DNA of 63,419 nt, the filler included. It is 4 parts of 4 records of this genome, joined end to end, with 100 filler letters (N's around TTAATTAATTAA, not from the genome) between each part and the next. Parts side by side here need not be neighbours in the genome. Positions count along the whole stretch, not along the records: positions 38,059 to 56,338 come from SRR20825006_238; 3 more parts are not named here. One strand, written 5' to 3'. Of this stretch, positions 37,959-47,748 are shown in pieces. The notes below the pieces were generated by a model. It was not told the DNA's origin and ran no database searches. It was given only the letters and a program-made list of their open reading frames with translations. Both the position numbers and the translations under genes were made by a program. Within the stretch, counting starts at the first letter, position 1; the number at the start of each line of letters is the position of its first letter.

Positions 37959-38058
37959 NNNNNNNNNNNNNNNNNNNNNNNNNNNNNNNNNNNNNNNNNN
38001 NNTTAATTAATTAANNNNNNNNNNNNNNNNNNNNNNNNNNNNNNNNNNNNNNNNNNNN
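37959..38058. other. Artificial contig spacer
   Basis: N-run with TTAATTAATTAA; AT-rich to GC-rich switch. Confidence 0.98.
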
Positions 38059-38610
38059 CAGCAGTGTCAGGATCGGCATGCCGAAGATCGTATGCACCAG
38101 CACCAGCCCGCCCAGATCGCCATACAGCCCGATTTCGCGCAGCAGGATCACAATCGGATAGATCATCACCTGATAGGGAATGAAGGCGCCGATGATGAGG
38201 ATGGTGAAAAATACGTTGGCACCTTTGAACCGCCACATCGACAGGGCGTAACCGTTGACCGAGGCCACCGCGATCGAGAAGAAGACGGAGGGCACGGTGA
38301 TCTTGATCGAGTTCCAGAAGCCGCGCGACAGGCCATCACAGTTCAGGCCGGTACAGACCGTCGACCACGCCTTGACCCAAGGCTCGAAGGTGATTTCCAT
38401 CGGCGGAGCAAAGATGCTGCCCATCCGGATCTCCGGCAGCCCTTTCAGCGACGTCATGAGCATCACGTAGAACGGCAAGAGATAATAGACCGCCAGAACC
38501 ACCAGAATGCCGTAGATCACGATGTTATTGCGGGAAAAGGCCCGACGGGGTTTGGGGCCGGATGCATGCGCCGGACTTGGGCGCTGCATGTTTGCGGTGA
38601 CATCAGCCAT
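38059..38610 (-). CDS. Carbohydrate ABC transporter permease, 3'-truncated
   Basis: Multiple TMs; 'YVMLMTSLK', 'FWNSIKITVPS', 'FIPYQV'. Confidence 0.9.
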
Positions 38611-39496
38611 GTTTCTTGCCTCCGAATTCAAGGTAAGCCCAAGGAATGACGACAACGATCACGGCCACCAGCATCATGCTGGACGCGGCAAAGCCCTGGG
38701 CAAGGTTTTGCGAAACGAACATCATGTCGAACACGAACTTCGCCGGGACCTCGGACGCGAGGCCAGGACCGCCACCGGTTTGCGCGATGACCAGATCGTA
38801 AAGCTTGATAATGGCAGAGGTGATCAGCACAAGTGTGGTGATGAAGACCGGACGCATCATCGGGATCACCACCAGCAGGTAGGTTTTCCATGCTGGAATG
38901 CCGTCGATCTTGGTGGCCTTCCACACGTCTTCGTCAATGCCGCGCAGACCCGCCAGCATCAGGCACATCACAAGGCCACTGGTGTGCCACAGACCTGCGA
39001 TCAGCACCCCGTAAAGCACCGTGTTCGTGTTATAGAGTGGATCGAAGGTGAAGGTCTCAAACCCGAGGCTGCGCACGGCGTGCTGTATCCCGAACTCGGG
39101 GTTCAACAGCCACTGCCAGACAAGGCCCGTAACGATAAAGCTGAGCGCATAAGGGTAGAGGAAGATGGTGCGAAACCCATCCTCGAAGCGGATTTTCTGA
39201 TCAATCAGAGCGGCCAGAAGAAAGCCGAGCACCAGAGCGAGGATCAGCATCAAGATGCCGTAAATCGCGAGATTCTCGATTGAGATGAGCCACCGGCGGG
39301 TGCCCCAAAGACGTTCATATTGATCAAGCCCAACCCATTTGGTGCTGGGCAGAAGGCGGGAGTTGGTAAAGGAATAGACGATTGTCCAGACAGAGCACCC
39401 AACAAAGACCACAAGCGCGGTCAGCACCATGGGAACGGCGGCGATTTTAGCACTCAGGTTCTTGAACAGCCCTGTCGGTTTGCCGCTTTGCGACAT
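38603..39496 (-). CDS. Carbohydrate ABC transporter permease
   Basis: 'FRTIFLYPYALSFIVTGLVWQWLLNP'; EAA-like 'WKATKIDG'. Confidence 0.92.
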   Translation of the reverse strand: MSQSGKPTGLFKNLSAKIAAVPMVLTALVVFVGCSVWTIVYSFTNSRLLPSTKWVGLDQYERLWGTRRWLISIENLAIYGILMLILALVLGFLLAALIDQKIRFEDGFRTIFLYPYALSFIVTGLVWQWLLNPEFGIQHAVRSLGFETFTFDPLYNTNTVLYGVLIAGLWHTSGLVMCLMLAGLRGIDEDVWKATKIDGIPAWKTYLLVVIPMMRPVFITTLVLITSAIIKLYDLVIAQTGGGPGLASEVPAKFVFDMMFVSQNLAQGFAASSMMLVAVIVVVIPWAYLEFGGKKHG

Positions 39497-39530
39497 TGGG
39501 AATCCTCCGGTTTTAAAGGGTGTGGCAAAG

Positions 39531-39564
39531 GCGGCGCGGATCGGCGTCAGAAGATCCGCGCCGC
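39531..39564 (-). other. Intergenic stem-loop between binding-protein and permease genes
   Basis: GCGGCGCGGATC / GATCCGCGCCGC perfect 12-bp inverted repeat. Confidence 0.6.
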
Positions 39565-39570
39565 GGTCTG

Positions 39571-40803
39571 TCAGTCAGCCGTTGCGATGATTTCGGCAAA
39601 CTCGGCCTGCGCGGTCTCGGGGCTAAAGCTGGGGTCGGCAAAGAATTCAATCATCAGATCGGTCACCCGGCCCACGGTATCCGGCGATACCATAGTGTTG
39701 ATACTCTCCACAATGTGGCCTTCTTTGAGGATCGCCATGCCCTTTTCCATGCAAGGGGTCGGATCCCGCAACTCCACGTCGCGGCGCACCGGCAGCGCGC
39801 CTTTCGCCTTGGTAAATTCCACCTGAGTTTCCGGGGAAACGATCACACCAGCCAGTACATCCTGCGCGGCAATGATCTCCGGGTCATCGACTTTCGGGAA
39901 ATAGAAGGCATCGCCTGCGGCGGTGATGTATTCATTCACGCCCAGACCCGGCAGACAGGAAAAGTCTTCGCCCGCTGTCATCCCGGCCTGTGTGAATTCC
40001 CCTTGAACCCAATCGCCCATGATCTGACCTGCGGCACGACCGCTGATCATCAGGTTGGCGGCTTCGTTCCAGGCCTGAACATTCGAGCCTTCCATGAGGT
40101 CGCGTGCCTCCGCGGCGGCCTTAAACACTTTGGCCACGTCAGATCCAGCGGCGTAGTCAGCGTCGCGCCCGGCATAGACCCGTTCAAAAAGCTCGGGACC
40201 ACCGATGGAGACCATCAGCACGTTGAACATCAACTGTTTCTGCCAGGATTGCTGCCCCTGCGCCAAGGGGATGATGTCCATCTCGCGCAGCTTCGGCGCA
40301 GCAGCGACGAATTCGTCCCAGTTCTGCGGCACGGAGAGGCCATTGTCGGTAAACACGGCGTTGTTCAGCCACAGCCACTGTTGCGAGTGGATGTTCGAGG
40401 GCACGCAATAGAGTTTGCCTTCGAAGGTGCAGCTATCGAGCAGCGATTGCGGGAAGATCTGATCTTTCCAGCCCTGCGCCTCGGCAACCTCTGTCACGTC
40501 ACGCATAAAGCCCGCTTCGATCAGCTCGCGCATCGCCTGGCCGTGGGTGAACTGCGTGGCCCCCATCGGATCGCCGCCGGTGATCCGGCTGGTGATCAGC
40601 GGACGGGCAACCCCGCCCGCACCGGCGATAGCGCCGTCAACCCAAGTGTTGCCACTCTTCTGGAAGCCTTCGGAGATGACGCGGATCGCTGCAGCCTCAG
40701 CCCCGGAGGTCCACCAATGGGTCACCTCCAGATCAGTGGCCAAGACTGGTTGGGCCGCCGCAGCCGTCAACATCCCCAGTGCGAATGTCTTGAATTTTGT
40801 CAT
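39571..40803 (-). CDS. Sugar ABC transporter substrate-binding protein (GtsA/glucose-like)
   Basis: Signal peptide; 'LEVTHWWTSGAEAAA', 'P.NIHS..WLW.N', 'QIMGDW'. Confidence 0.9.
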   Translation of the reverse strand: MTKFKTFALGMLTAAAAQPVLATDLEVTHWWTSGAEAAAIRVISEGFQKSGNTWVDGAIAGAGGVARPLITSRITGGDPMGATQFTHGQAMRELIEAGFMRDVTEVAEAQGWKDQIFPQSLLDSCTFEGKLYCVPSNIHSQQWLWLNNAVFTDNGLSVPQNWDEFVAAAPKLREMDIIPLAQGQQSWQKQLMFNVLMVSIGGPELFERVYAGRDADYAAGSDVAKVFKAAAEARDLMEGSNVQAWNEAANLMISGRAAGQIMGDWVQGEFTQAGMTAGEDFSCLPGLGVNEYITAAGDAFYFPKVDDPEIIAAQDVLAGVIVSPETQVEFTKAKGALPVRRDVELRDPTPCMEKGMAILKEGHIVESINTMVSPDTVGRVTDLMIEFFADPSFSPETAQAEFAEIIATAD

Positions 40804-41062
40804 AGTTCTCTCCCATGTGAACTGTGGTCGTTACACGTCCTGCGACATTGCGCGAGCGTGAAATCCGTGGTGTCCGGCCGGTTCATGCGCCGGGTCTTTT
40901 ATGTATTCAACTGTCCGTTTCAGCGACGATCAGGTCAACAGATCGGAGATTTGCCGCGCCAAAACAATTTGTATGAGGCTTTGAACTAAAAGAATTTTTT
41001 GCAACCTCCGGACATAGCCGGCGCTACTTTTCGACCTCTGACAGTACTTTGCCGACCACGCC

Positions 41063-42265
41063 TCAACCGGCAATCACCCCGGCGGCACGCAGATTGGCAA
41101 TCTCATCGCTGCTGTAGCCGATTTCGGACAAGACCTTATCCGTCTGTGCGCCCATCTTTTGCGGCGGGTTCTCCAGCGAGGGGCCGTCCTCCTGCATCCG
41201 AAAACCGGCCAGCGTGGTGGTCATCCCCTCAGGCGTTCCATCGGCCCCGTCGAATCTGTGCAGCACCGGCCGCGCCAGAGTCTGCACATCGCTCAACGCC
41301 TCGCCCAGATCCCGGATACGGGCGCAGGGGATACCGTGTGCCTGTAGCCGCTCCTCCCAATAGGCCGCCGAGCGTCTCAGGAAGGCGGTTTGCAGGACAA
41401 CGCTTTCCTCTTCATGCGCATCGAGCCGCTGGTTGTTGTCCTGCTTGACCATGTCCTCGCGCCCGAGCAAGCGCCAAAGCTTGGCCTGCTGTTTGAGGTT
41501 CGAAGCCGAGACCATCATCGGCGCGTCGCTGGCGTGATACATGCCGATTGTCGCAAAAACATAGGTATTGCCTTTCGGGGCCGGAACCTTGCCGTTCCAA
41601 AAATAAGAAGCCACATGCGAGGTCGCGAACATCAGTGCCACATCCAGCATCGACACATCGACGAAATTGCCGATGCCACCGTTACGCGCGCGCTGTAACA
41701 AGGCCGCAGTGATCGCATAGGCGGTGGTGGTGCCCGCCGCGTAATCCATGATCGGCGCGCCGCATTTGAATGGCTTTTCCGGATCGTCTCCGGTCATCGC
41801 CATGAAGCCGGAAAACGCCTGAATGATGTTGTCATAACCGCGTAGTTCACGCCGTGGTCCGGTCGTCCCAAAAGCCGAAAGCGAGCAATAAATCAGCCCG
41901 GGGTTGCGCACCTTGAGATCCTCATAGCCGAGCCCCAATGCCTCGAATGCCCCCGGTCGATAGTTTTCAATGAAGACATCTGCTGTGTCGATCAGGCGCA
42001 GCATCGCCTCCTTGCCCTCGGGCGTCTTCAAGTCTATCGCGACTGAAGATTTATTGCCCGCTTGCCCCAGAAAAGCCGTGCCCATTCCGATGTCATTCAT
42101 CGCCCGATCCGGCCCTTGGGCGCGTGCCTGATCGGGATCGTTCGGATCCTCTACCTTGATGACATCGGCACCAAGTGTGGCCAGCTGGAACGCCGCGAAA
42201 GGCCCAGCCAACACATGTGTGGTATCGATCACCCTATAGTTTTGAAACGCCTTCATTTGGGTCAA
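41063..42265 (-). CDS. Family III CoA-transferase (CaiB/BaiF)
   Basis: 'AGPFAA..LATLGADVIKVE', 'ADVFIENYRPG', 'GYDNIIQA', 'DYAAG'. Confidence 0.92.
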   Translation of the reverse strand: MTQMKAFQNYRVIDTTHVLAGPFAAFQLATLGADVIKVEDPNDPDQARAQGPDRAMNDIGMGTAFLGQAGNKSSVAIDLKTPEGKEAMLRLIDTADVFIENYRPGAFEALGLGYEDLKVRNPGLIYCSLSAFGTTGPRRELRGYDNIIQAFSGFMAMTGDDPEKPFKCGAPIMDYAAGTTTAYAITAALLQRARNGGIGNFVDVSMLDVALMFATSHVASYFWNGKVPAPKGNTYVFATIGMYHASDAPMMVSASNLKQQAKLWRLLGREDMVKQDNNQRLDAHEEESVVLQTAFLRRSAAYWEERLQAHGIPCARIRDLGEALSDVQTLARPVLHRFDGADGTPEGMTTTLAGFRMQEDGPSLENPPQKMGAQTDKVLSEIGYSSDEIANLRAAGVIAG

Positions 42266-42482
42266 CTCCGTCCCTTTTCTGATCTTGCCGATATTTGCTG
42301 GCGGCTTGGATCAAAGCGGTGCAATCTGGTCTCAGCGCTTATTGAAGGCGCCAAGCGGGTTGTAATCAACGTCGTTTGCTTTCCGAAATGTTGGGTCAGT
42401 TCTGACCTATGCGTTCCCCGCCCTCGCGCGTGTTCGGCTATGATGGAAGGGACGAAAATATTTGGCGAGATCGCACAATACC

Positions 42483-44171
42483 ATGACCACCAACAGCCTG
42501 CCGCTTTCGGATGCGACGCTCTGCGCAGCGCCCTTTCACCTAGATGCAAGGGGGCTGGACTGGGTCAAGACGCAATTCAACGCGCTCGGGACAGAGGCGA
42601 AGATTGCGCAGCTCATTCTGCCGATGTGCCGTGATCTGTCCGATGACAGTATCGACGCCTTGGCCGCACGCGGGCTCGGCGGGGTGCATCGGTTCCCCAG
42701 CTATTCCGAGGAGGAACTGCGCCACTCGGCCCAGCGTCTGATGCAAACCTGTGCCGTGCCGCCGCTGTTAACTGCCGATATCGAGATGTCTGAAAAGGCC
42801 AGCGTCAAGGCTGGCACCGCCTTCCCTAACCAAATGGCTGTCGCCGCGACGGGTGATCCCGAAAATGCCCGGCGGATGGGGGCAATCGCGGCACGCGAGG
42901 CGGGCTATCTCGGTTTTGGCATCAGTTGGACGCCAGTGGCCGATCTCGCGCTGAATTTCCGCTCCAACGCGGTGAACACCCGCAGCTTTTCCGACAAGGT
43001 CGATCAGACGCTTTCGATGGTCTGTGCCTATCTCGACGGGATGCAGGACGATGGCCTTGTGGCCTGCGTCAAACATTTCCCCGGCGAGGGGCTGGACGAG
43101 CGCGATCAACACTACGTCACCACCCACAACACCATGGCAATGGACGATTGGTACGCAAGTTTCGGCAGGATCTACGCCGCCGCAATCGCCAAGGATGTCC
43201 GCCTTGTCATGGCCGGTCACGTCACCCTTCCGGCCTATCGTCGGAACACAGGAGACGCGGCAGTGAGCGGGGCCACCCTCCCGGCCTCACTCAATGCGAA
43301 CCTGCTTGGCGAACTGCTGCGCGGGGAACTGGGATATAACGGTGTCATCGTTTCGGATGCGACGGGCATGGCGGGATTCACCTCCTGCGGGGCGCGCAAG
43401 GACATTGTCCCGCTTTGCATCGAAAGCGGATGCGACATTCTGCTATTTCCGCGCGATATCGACGAGGATATGCAGTTTCTCCGCGACGGTCTGGACAGTG
43501 GCGCGCTGTCGCAAACCCGCCTGGACCAAGCGGTGCTACGCATTCTGGCGCTCAAGGCGTCCATGGGATTGCATCTTGGCCGCCCCACCGTGCCACCCGA
43601 GCGCCAGCGCGCACGGTTGCTGGCATCCGAGGAGCATAGCGGCTGGGCCAAAGGTGTCGCAGAAGGCTGCGTGACCTTGGTCAAGGATACCCAAAGCCTG
43701 TTGCCCCTGTCGCCCGAACGCCACCGCCGCATCCTGTTGGCCGAGTTGCGCGACCGCCGCAGCCCCTCCGCCCCCCTGCCCGACCTCGAAATCCCCACCA
43801 TGCTGGAACAGCTCGGGTTCGAGATCACCCGCGTTGTCCCGGGCGAGCCCATTGATGCAACCGGGCAGGACATCGGCCTGTATCTGATGGCTGAGGAAGG
43901 GCTCTCGGGCAAAGAGCACCTCGGGCCGCAATGGGAACGGCTGCACGGCGCCTTTCCACTGACGATGCAGCGCATGTGGCAGCATCTGCCGACGCTCTAT
44001 GTTTCGCTCGGCTCGCCTTTCCTGACCTTTCACATGCCCGATTGTCCAACCTTCGTGAACGCCTATAGCGCAGTGCGCCCGGTCCAGCAGGCCGTCGTCG
44101 ATGCCCTGACCGGCGCGATTTCCTTCCGGGGCGAAAGCCCGGTGGAGCTGCCCTTTGGCCTCCCCCTCTGA
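42483..44171 (+). CDS. Glycoside hydrolase family 3 (Nag3/BglP-like)
   Basis: 'PVADL', 'NTRSF', KHFPGEGLDERDQH, nucleophile 'VSDA'. Confidence 0.9.
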   Translation: MTTNSLPLSDATLCAAPFHLDARGLDWVKTQFNALGTEAKIAQLILPMCRDLSDDSIDALAARGLGGVHRFPSYSEEELRHSAQRLMQTCAVPPLLTADIEMSEKASVKAGTAFPNQMAVAATGDPENARRMGAIAAREAGYLGFGISWTPVADLALNFRSNAVNTRSFSDKVDQTLSMVCAYLDGMQDDGLVACVKHFPGEGLDERDQHYVTTHNTMAMDDWYASFGRIYAAAIAKDVRLVMAGHVTLPAYRRNTGDAAVSGATLPASLNANLLGELLRGELGYNGVIVSDATGMAGFTSCGARKDIVPLCIESGCDILLFPRDIDEDMQFLRDGLDSGALSQTRLDQAVLRILALKASMGLHLGRPTVPPERQRARLLASEEHSGWAKGVAEGCVTLVKDTQSLLPLSPERHRRILLAELRDRRSPSAPLPDLEIPTMLEQLGFEITRVVPGEPIDATGQDIGLYLMAEEGLSGKEHLGPQWERLHGAFPLTMQRMWQHLPTLYVSLGSPFLTFHMPDCPTFVNAYSAVRPVQQAVVDALTGAISFRGESPVELPFGLPL

Positions 44172-44308
44172 ACGCGGTCTGACCAGTCGTTTATGTATCC
44201 CAAGTGCAGACCAAAGGTTGGTTTACCCGTCGCGCGGATGGCTTTTTACTGCCCACAGTCTGGCGCGACAAGCGCCTGACTTGCTCTTGAGGAGGAGACA
44301 AGAACATC

Positions 44309-45292
44309 ATGAAAATGCTTTCCACTGGCTTTGCGTGCCTTGCGGCCGCAGCGACTTTTGTCGCAACAACCATCACCCCCGTGGCCGCCGAAGAGGCGTG
44401 GCCGAGCGGTCCGGTTTCGGTGATCATGCACACCAAGCCCGGCGGCACATCCGACATTTTCATCCGAACGCTGGCCAAATCGCTTGAACCGGAAATCGGT
44501 CGGGACGTCATCGTGGTCAATGCCCCGGGCGGCGGTGGCGCAAACCAGATGAGCCGCGTCAGCTCCGCCAAGCCCGATGGACTGACACTGGGTGTGAACA
44601 CCTTGACTCATTTCACCGGCATGCAGACCAACCTCAAAGGCACCTTCGCGCCCGAAGATTTTTCCTGGATCGCCTCGGTTCAGGAAGACCCGATCCTGTT
44701 CTTCGTCCGCGAAGACAGCCCTTATCAGAGCTTTGACGACGTGATTGCCGCGGCTAAGGAAAATCCTGAAAGCATCAATATCGGCGGTTTCGGCCCGATC
44801 GGTTCCATGCAGCATATCGGTATGTCGATGCTTGAAAATGCCACCGACACCAAATTCAACTGGATCGGCTACCCCTCGACACCCGATATCATTGCCGCCC
44901 TGCTCGGTGGGCACGTCGATATCGGCGTCTCGAACCTTGGGCCGACGGCCGAATACTTCGAATCCGGTCGCATCCGTGGGATGGGTGTGCTGGCCAACGA
45001 ACGTCTGGCGGGGAAACCCGATCTGCCCACCTTCATCGAACAGGGTGTCGATGTGGATTCGAGCTGGATTCAGGTGCGCGGCGTGTTTGGCCCCGCCGAT
45101 ATGCCAATGGAATTGCAGCAGAAAGTGGCCGATGCCTTCCACGAAGCGATGCGGGCCGACTCCTATCAGGAGTATGCTCGCAGCACGGGTGTCACGGATT
45201 CCTGGATGGGTCCGGCGGAATACGCCGATTTCGTCGCCAATATCTCTGACGTTGCGGTGGAACAGCTGACCGCCGCCGGTGTGTTGCAATAA
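44309..45292 (+). CDS. Tripartite tricarboxylate transporter substrate-binding protein (TctC/Bug)
   Basis: 'PGGTSDIFIR', 'NAPGGGG', 'PDGLTL', 'ALLGGHVD', 'PDLPTFIEQG'; GAGGAG RBS. Confidence 0.92.
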   Translation: MKMLSTGFACLAAAATFVATTITPVAAEEAWPSGPVSVIMHTKPGGTSDIFIRTLAKSLEPEIGRDVIVVNAPGGGGANQMSRVSSAKPDGLTLGVNTLTHFTGMQTNLKGTFAPEDFSWIASVQEDPILFFVREDSPYQSFDDVIAAAKENPESINIGGFGPIGSMQHIGMSMLENATDTKFNWIGYPSTPDIIAALLGGHVDIGVSNLGPTAEYFESGRIRGMGVLANERLAGKPDLPTFIEQGVDVDSSWIQVRGVFGPADMPMELQQKVADAFHEAMRADSYQEYARSTGVTDSWMGPAEYADFVANISDVAVEQLTAAGVLQ

Positions 45293-45331
45293 TCTCGGTT
45301 CGGATCTTACGCTCCCGTTCGGTCGGATTTA

Positions 45332-45361
45332 AAACAGGGCACGCGACAGCGTGCCCTGTTT
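45332..45361. terminator. Bidirectional terminator
   Basis: AAACAGGGCACGC-GACA-GCGTGCCCTGTTT between convergent genes. Confidence 0.8.
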
Positions 45362-45365
45362 GCGT

Positions 45366-46169
45366 TCACAGAGGTGCCGTCAGCGTTTGAACAGCGGCGA
45401 TCAAGCTGCCATCGCCCCGCGTCATCACGGACATCGTGCCATGATCGGCAACATATACGCGATCGCCCTGATTGATATTGCCCAGATAGACCACATCACG
45501 ACCCAACACCGGCTCGGGTCGTTCGGATCGGGCGTAGGCCGCCGCCTCGGCGATCCGCGAGAAGGTCGGGAAATAGAGCAAGCCAACCGCGTTGAAATCC
45601 AGAGACGGCGTTGGGCGTTCGCAATAGTAGGTCTGCACCCCAACCTGCGCCGCCTTGCGCAGGCTGCGCGCCGTCTCCCGCGTCTCACCATCGAGCATCA
45701 TCAGCTCGGGCCCGGCGGGCATGATCTGCATATCCCCAAGGACGGTATTGCGGAAAATCCGCGTATTGGATCGGCTCGCGTCATGGCTGACAAATGTTGA
45801 GATCATCGACACTTTGGCGATGCGTTCGCCCCCGACCATGATCTGATGTGTGGACCCTGTGCGCGTGTCCGACACCGCGAACAGCCTCGACAAGATCTGC
45901 GCATCCTGCCCCAGAAGAGGCCGGGACAGCGGATAAAACCGCAGCGATGTCGTGCAAAAAGCGGCATAAACCGGTCGACCGTCTTCCGCGTGAAACACCG
46001 CCTCGCGCTGGCCGAGGGCCTTGGCAATGAGCGCCCAATGCTGGTCGCCGCAAAAGCGCAAAAGCCATTGTTCCGACAGGCCCGCGGGCGAGAGCTGCGC
46101 CATGCCCAGCGGCAGGCTGACAGCCTCCTCGACCGGGGCCTGCCGCGCTGCGAAGGCAACAACCGCCAT
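45366..46169 (-). CDS. Pnap_2097-family / LnmK-like double hot-dog protein
   Basis: 'LGMAQL...GLSEQWLL..CGDQHW', 'YAAF', 'DFNAVGLLYFPTF', 'YLGNI..GD'; TGATG coupling to the upstream oxidoreductase. Confidence 0.75.
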   Translation of the reverse strand: MAVVAFAARQAPVEEAVSLPLGMAQLSPAGLSEQWLLRFCGDQHWALIAKALGQREAVFHAEDGRPVYAAFCTTSLRFYPLSRPLLGQDAQILSRLFAVSDTRTGSTHQIMVGGERIAKVSMISTFVSHDASRSNTRIFRNTVLGDMQIMPAGPELMMLDGETRETARSLRKAAQVGVQTYYCERPTPSLDFNAVGLLYFPTFSRIAEAAAYARSERPEPVLGRDVVYLGNINQGDRVYVADHGTMSVMTRGDGSLIAAVQTLTAPL

Positions 46170-47449
46170 CAGGCGACGGCCCGCTTGCCAGCGCTTTGCA
46201 ATTGCAGGGCGATCTGCTCGGCCAGATAGGTGCTGTCCTCCTCGATCCCGAGGAAGCGGCCCGACCCCCAGGTATTCAACCAGCCCAGCCCGATAAAGTG
46301 GAACCCCGGAACATCCGTCACGCCGCGTTTGAATTTCGGCTTGCCGCGCGCATCAAACACATCAACCTCGATCCAGTCATAATCGGGACGGAAGCCAATG
46401 GCCCAAAGCACCGAGGAAATCCCCGCGGCCTTGGCATCCAGCTCGGTGCGCTCCTCTGCGGGTTCCCAGACCTTGGTGAAGGGCGGCTCTTCGGGCGCGT
46501 CGATGCCGTTGCAGGCGATATAGGCATCGATCTGGTCGCGGATGCCGACATAGCTGCGATCCGCATCATCGAGGTTCTGTTTCAGATCCGGCAGGAATTT
46601 CAGGGTATGCCCGTCCATATCGGCCAGCGATCCGTAAAGCTCGACCCCGTGGTCGACATGCCATTGGCGCAGGTCGATCTCCTTGCCGCCATCGCGGCCC
46701 GACATGTAGTGGTTGGTCTGGGTCAGCGCCTTGAACGGATCGGGATGCGTGTCGATGGTGATTTCGTAATGGCCCGCGTCGTGCAGCCAGTCGGTGGCAT
46801 CGCGACCGCGATATTTGCGCGGACTGCGCGGCGCGGGGCCGACGGCCAGATGCACACCACGCCCCGCGCGGACGAAGTCCTCCATGATCTGCACACCGGA
46901 TTGCCCGGTGCCCACGATCAGAACATCGCCGTCGGGCAGCTGCGAGGGGTTGCGATAATCGACCGAGTGCATCTGCACGATCGTCGGGTCCAGCGCTTGC
47001 GCATAGGCGGGTTCGATCGGGTTGTCATAGCCGCCCGTGGCAATCACCACCTGATCGCAGGTCCATGTGCCAATGCTGGTCTCGACAACATAGCCACCCT
47101 TCGGCAAATGCACGACACGGGTCACGGCGACGTGCTCATGGAGGTTCGGCTCGAAGGTTGCCGTAAAGGCATCGAGATAATCGGTGATCTCGTCACGCAG
47201 CATGAAGCCATCGGGGTCAGTGCCCCCGAATTCCTTGTCATAATGGAAATCCGGTAGGCGGCATTGCCAGTTCGGCGTCACAAGACAGAAACTGTCCCAG
47301 CGGTTGACGCGCCAGGAATGGAACTTTTCATTGCGCTCGAAGACGACGCATTCGATGCCTTTTTTGTACAGGTTATAGGCCACCGAAAGGCCCGCCTGAC
47401 CGCCACCAACAATCGCGACGGGAATATGCGGGGTGTGGGTATCATTCAT
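46169..47449 (-). CDS. nitH: MSMEG_0569-family flavin-dependent oxidoreductase (NitH-like)
   Basis: GGGQAG FAD motif, 'RWDSFCLVTPNWQCRLP', GTGQSG, 'TWGSGRF'; ATG 47449. Confidence 0.88.
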   Translation of the reverse strand: MNDTHTPHIPVAIVGGGQAGLSVAYNLYKKGIECVVFERNEKFHSWRVNRWDSFCLVTPNWQCRLPDFHYDKEFGGTDPDGFMLRDEITDYLDAFTATFEPNLHEHVAVTRVVHLPKGGYVVETSIGTWTCDQVVIATGGYDNPIEPAYAQALDPTIVQMHSVDYRNPSQLPDGDVLIVGTGQSGVQIMEDFVRAGRGVHLAVGPAPRSPRKYRGRDATDWLHDAGHYEITIDTHPDPFKALTQTNHYMSGRDGGKEIDLRQWHVDHGVELYGSLADMDGHTLKFLPDLKQNLDDADRSYVGIRDQIDAYIACNGIDAPEEPPFTKVWEPAEERTELDAKAAGISSVLWAIGFRPDYDWIEVDVFDARGKPKFKRGVTDVPGFHFIGLGWLNTWGSGRFLGIEEDSTYLAEQIALQLQSAGKRAVA

Positions 47450-47463
47450 GGTCTCGTCCTTTT

Positions 47464-47748
47464 TCAGGTGATTGACAGGCAGGTGACTTGAGCGTCCGGC
47501 TGGCCCTGAAAGCCAGCCACCCGTGTTTCGATCTTGTCGAGCTGAGCCATCGCCGAGGTGCAGGCAAAGCCGTATTTGCGTTCCACGCGGTTCGAAGCGC
47601 GCTCCATCGCAACGCGGGCGCGTTGCAGAAACTCGGGCAAAGGATAGCTTTGCCCCGGAGTGAACAGCTCGGTGATAACGCTGGAGGGCGAATAGCAGCG
47701 CTCCTCGCTGCCATCGGGCCAACGCAGAGTCCAATGCATCTCAGGCAT
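47464..47748 (-). CDS. nitG: MSMEG_0570-family protein (NitG-like)
   Basis: 'MPEMHW..RWPDG....CYSPS', 'KYGFAC'. Confidence 0.88.
   Translation of the reverse strand: MPEMHWTLRWPDGSEERCYSPSSVITELFTPGQSYPLPEFLQRARVAMERASNRVERKYGFACTSAMAQLDKIETRVAGFQGQPDAQVTCLSIT

Noticed and set aside
39520-40989. 489-aa plus-strand ORF
   Set aside because: Antisense shadow of the sugar-binding protein in GC-rich DNA
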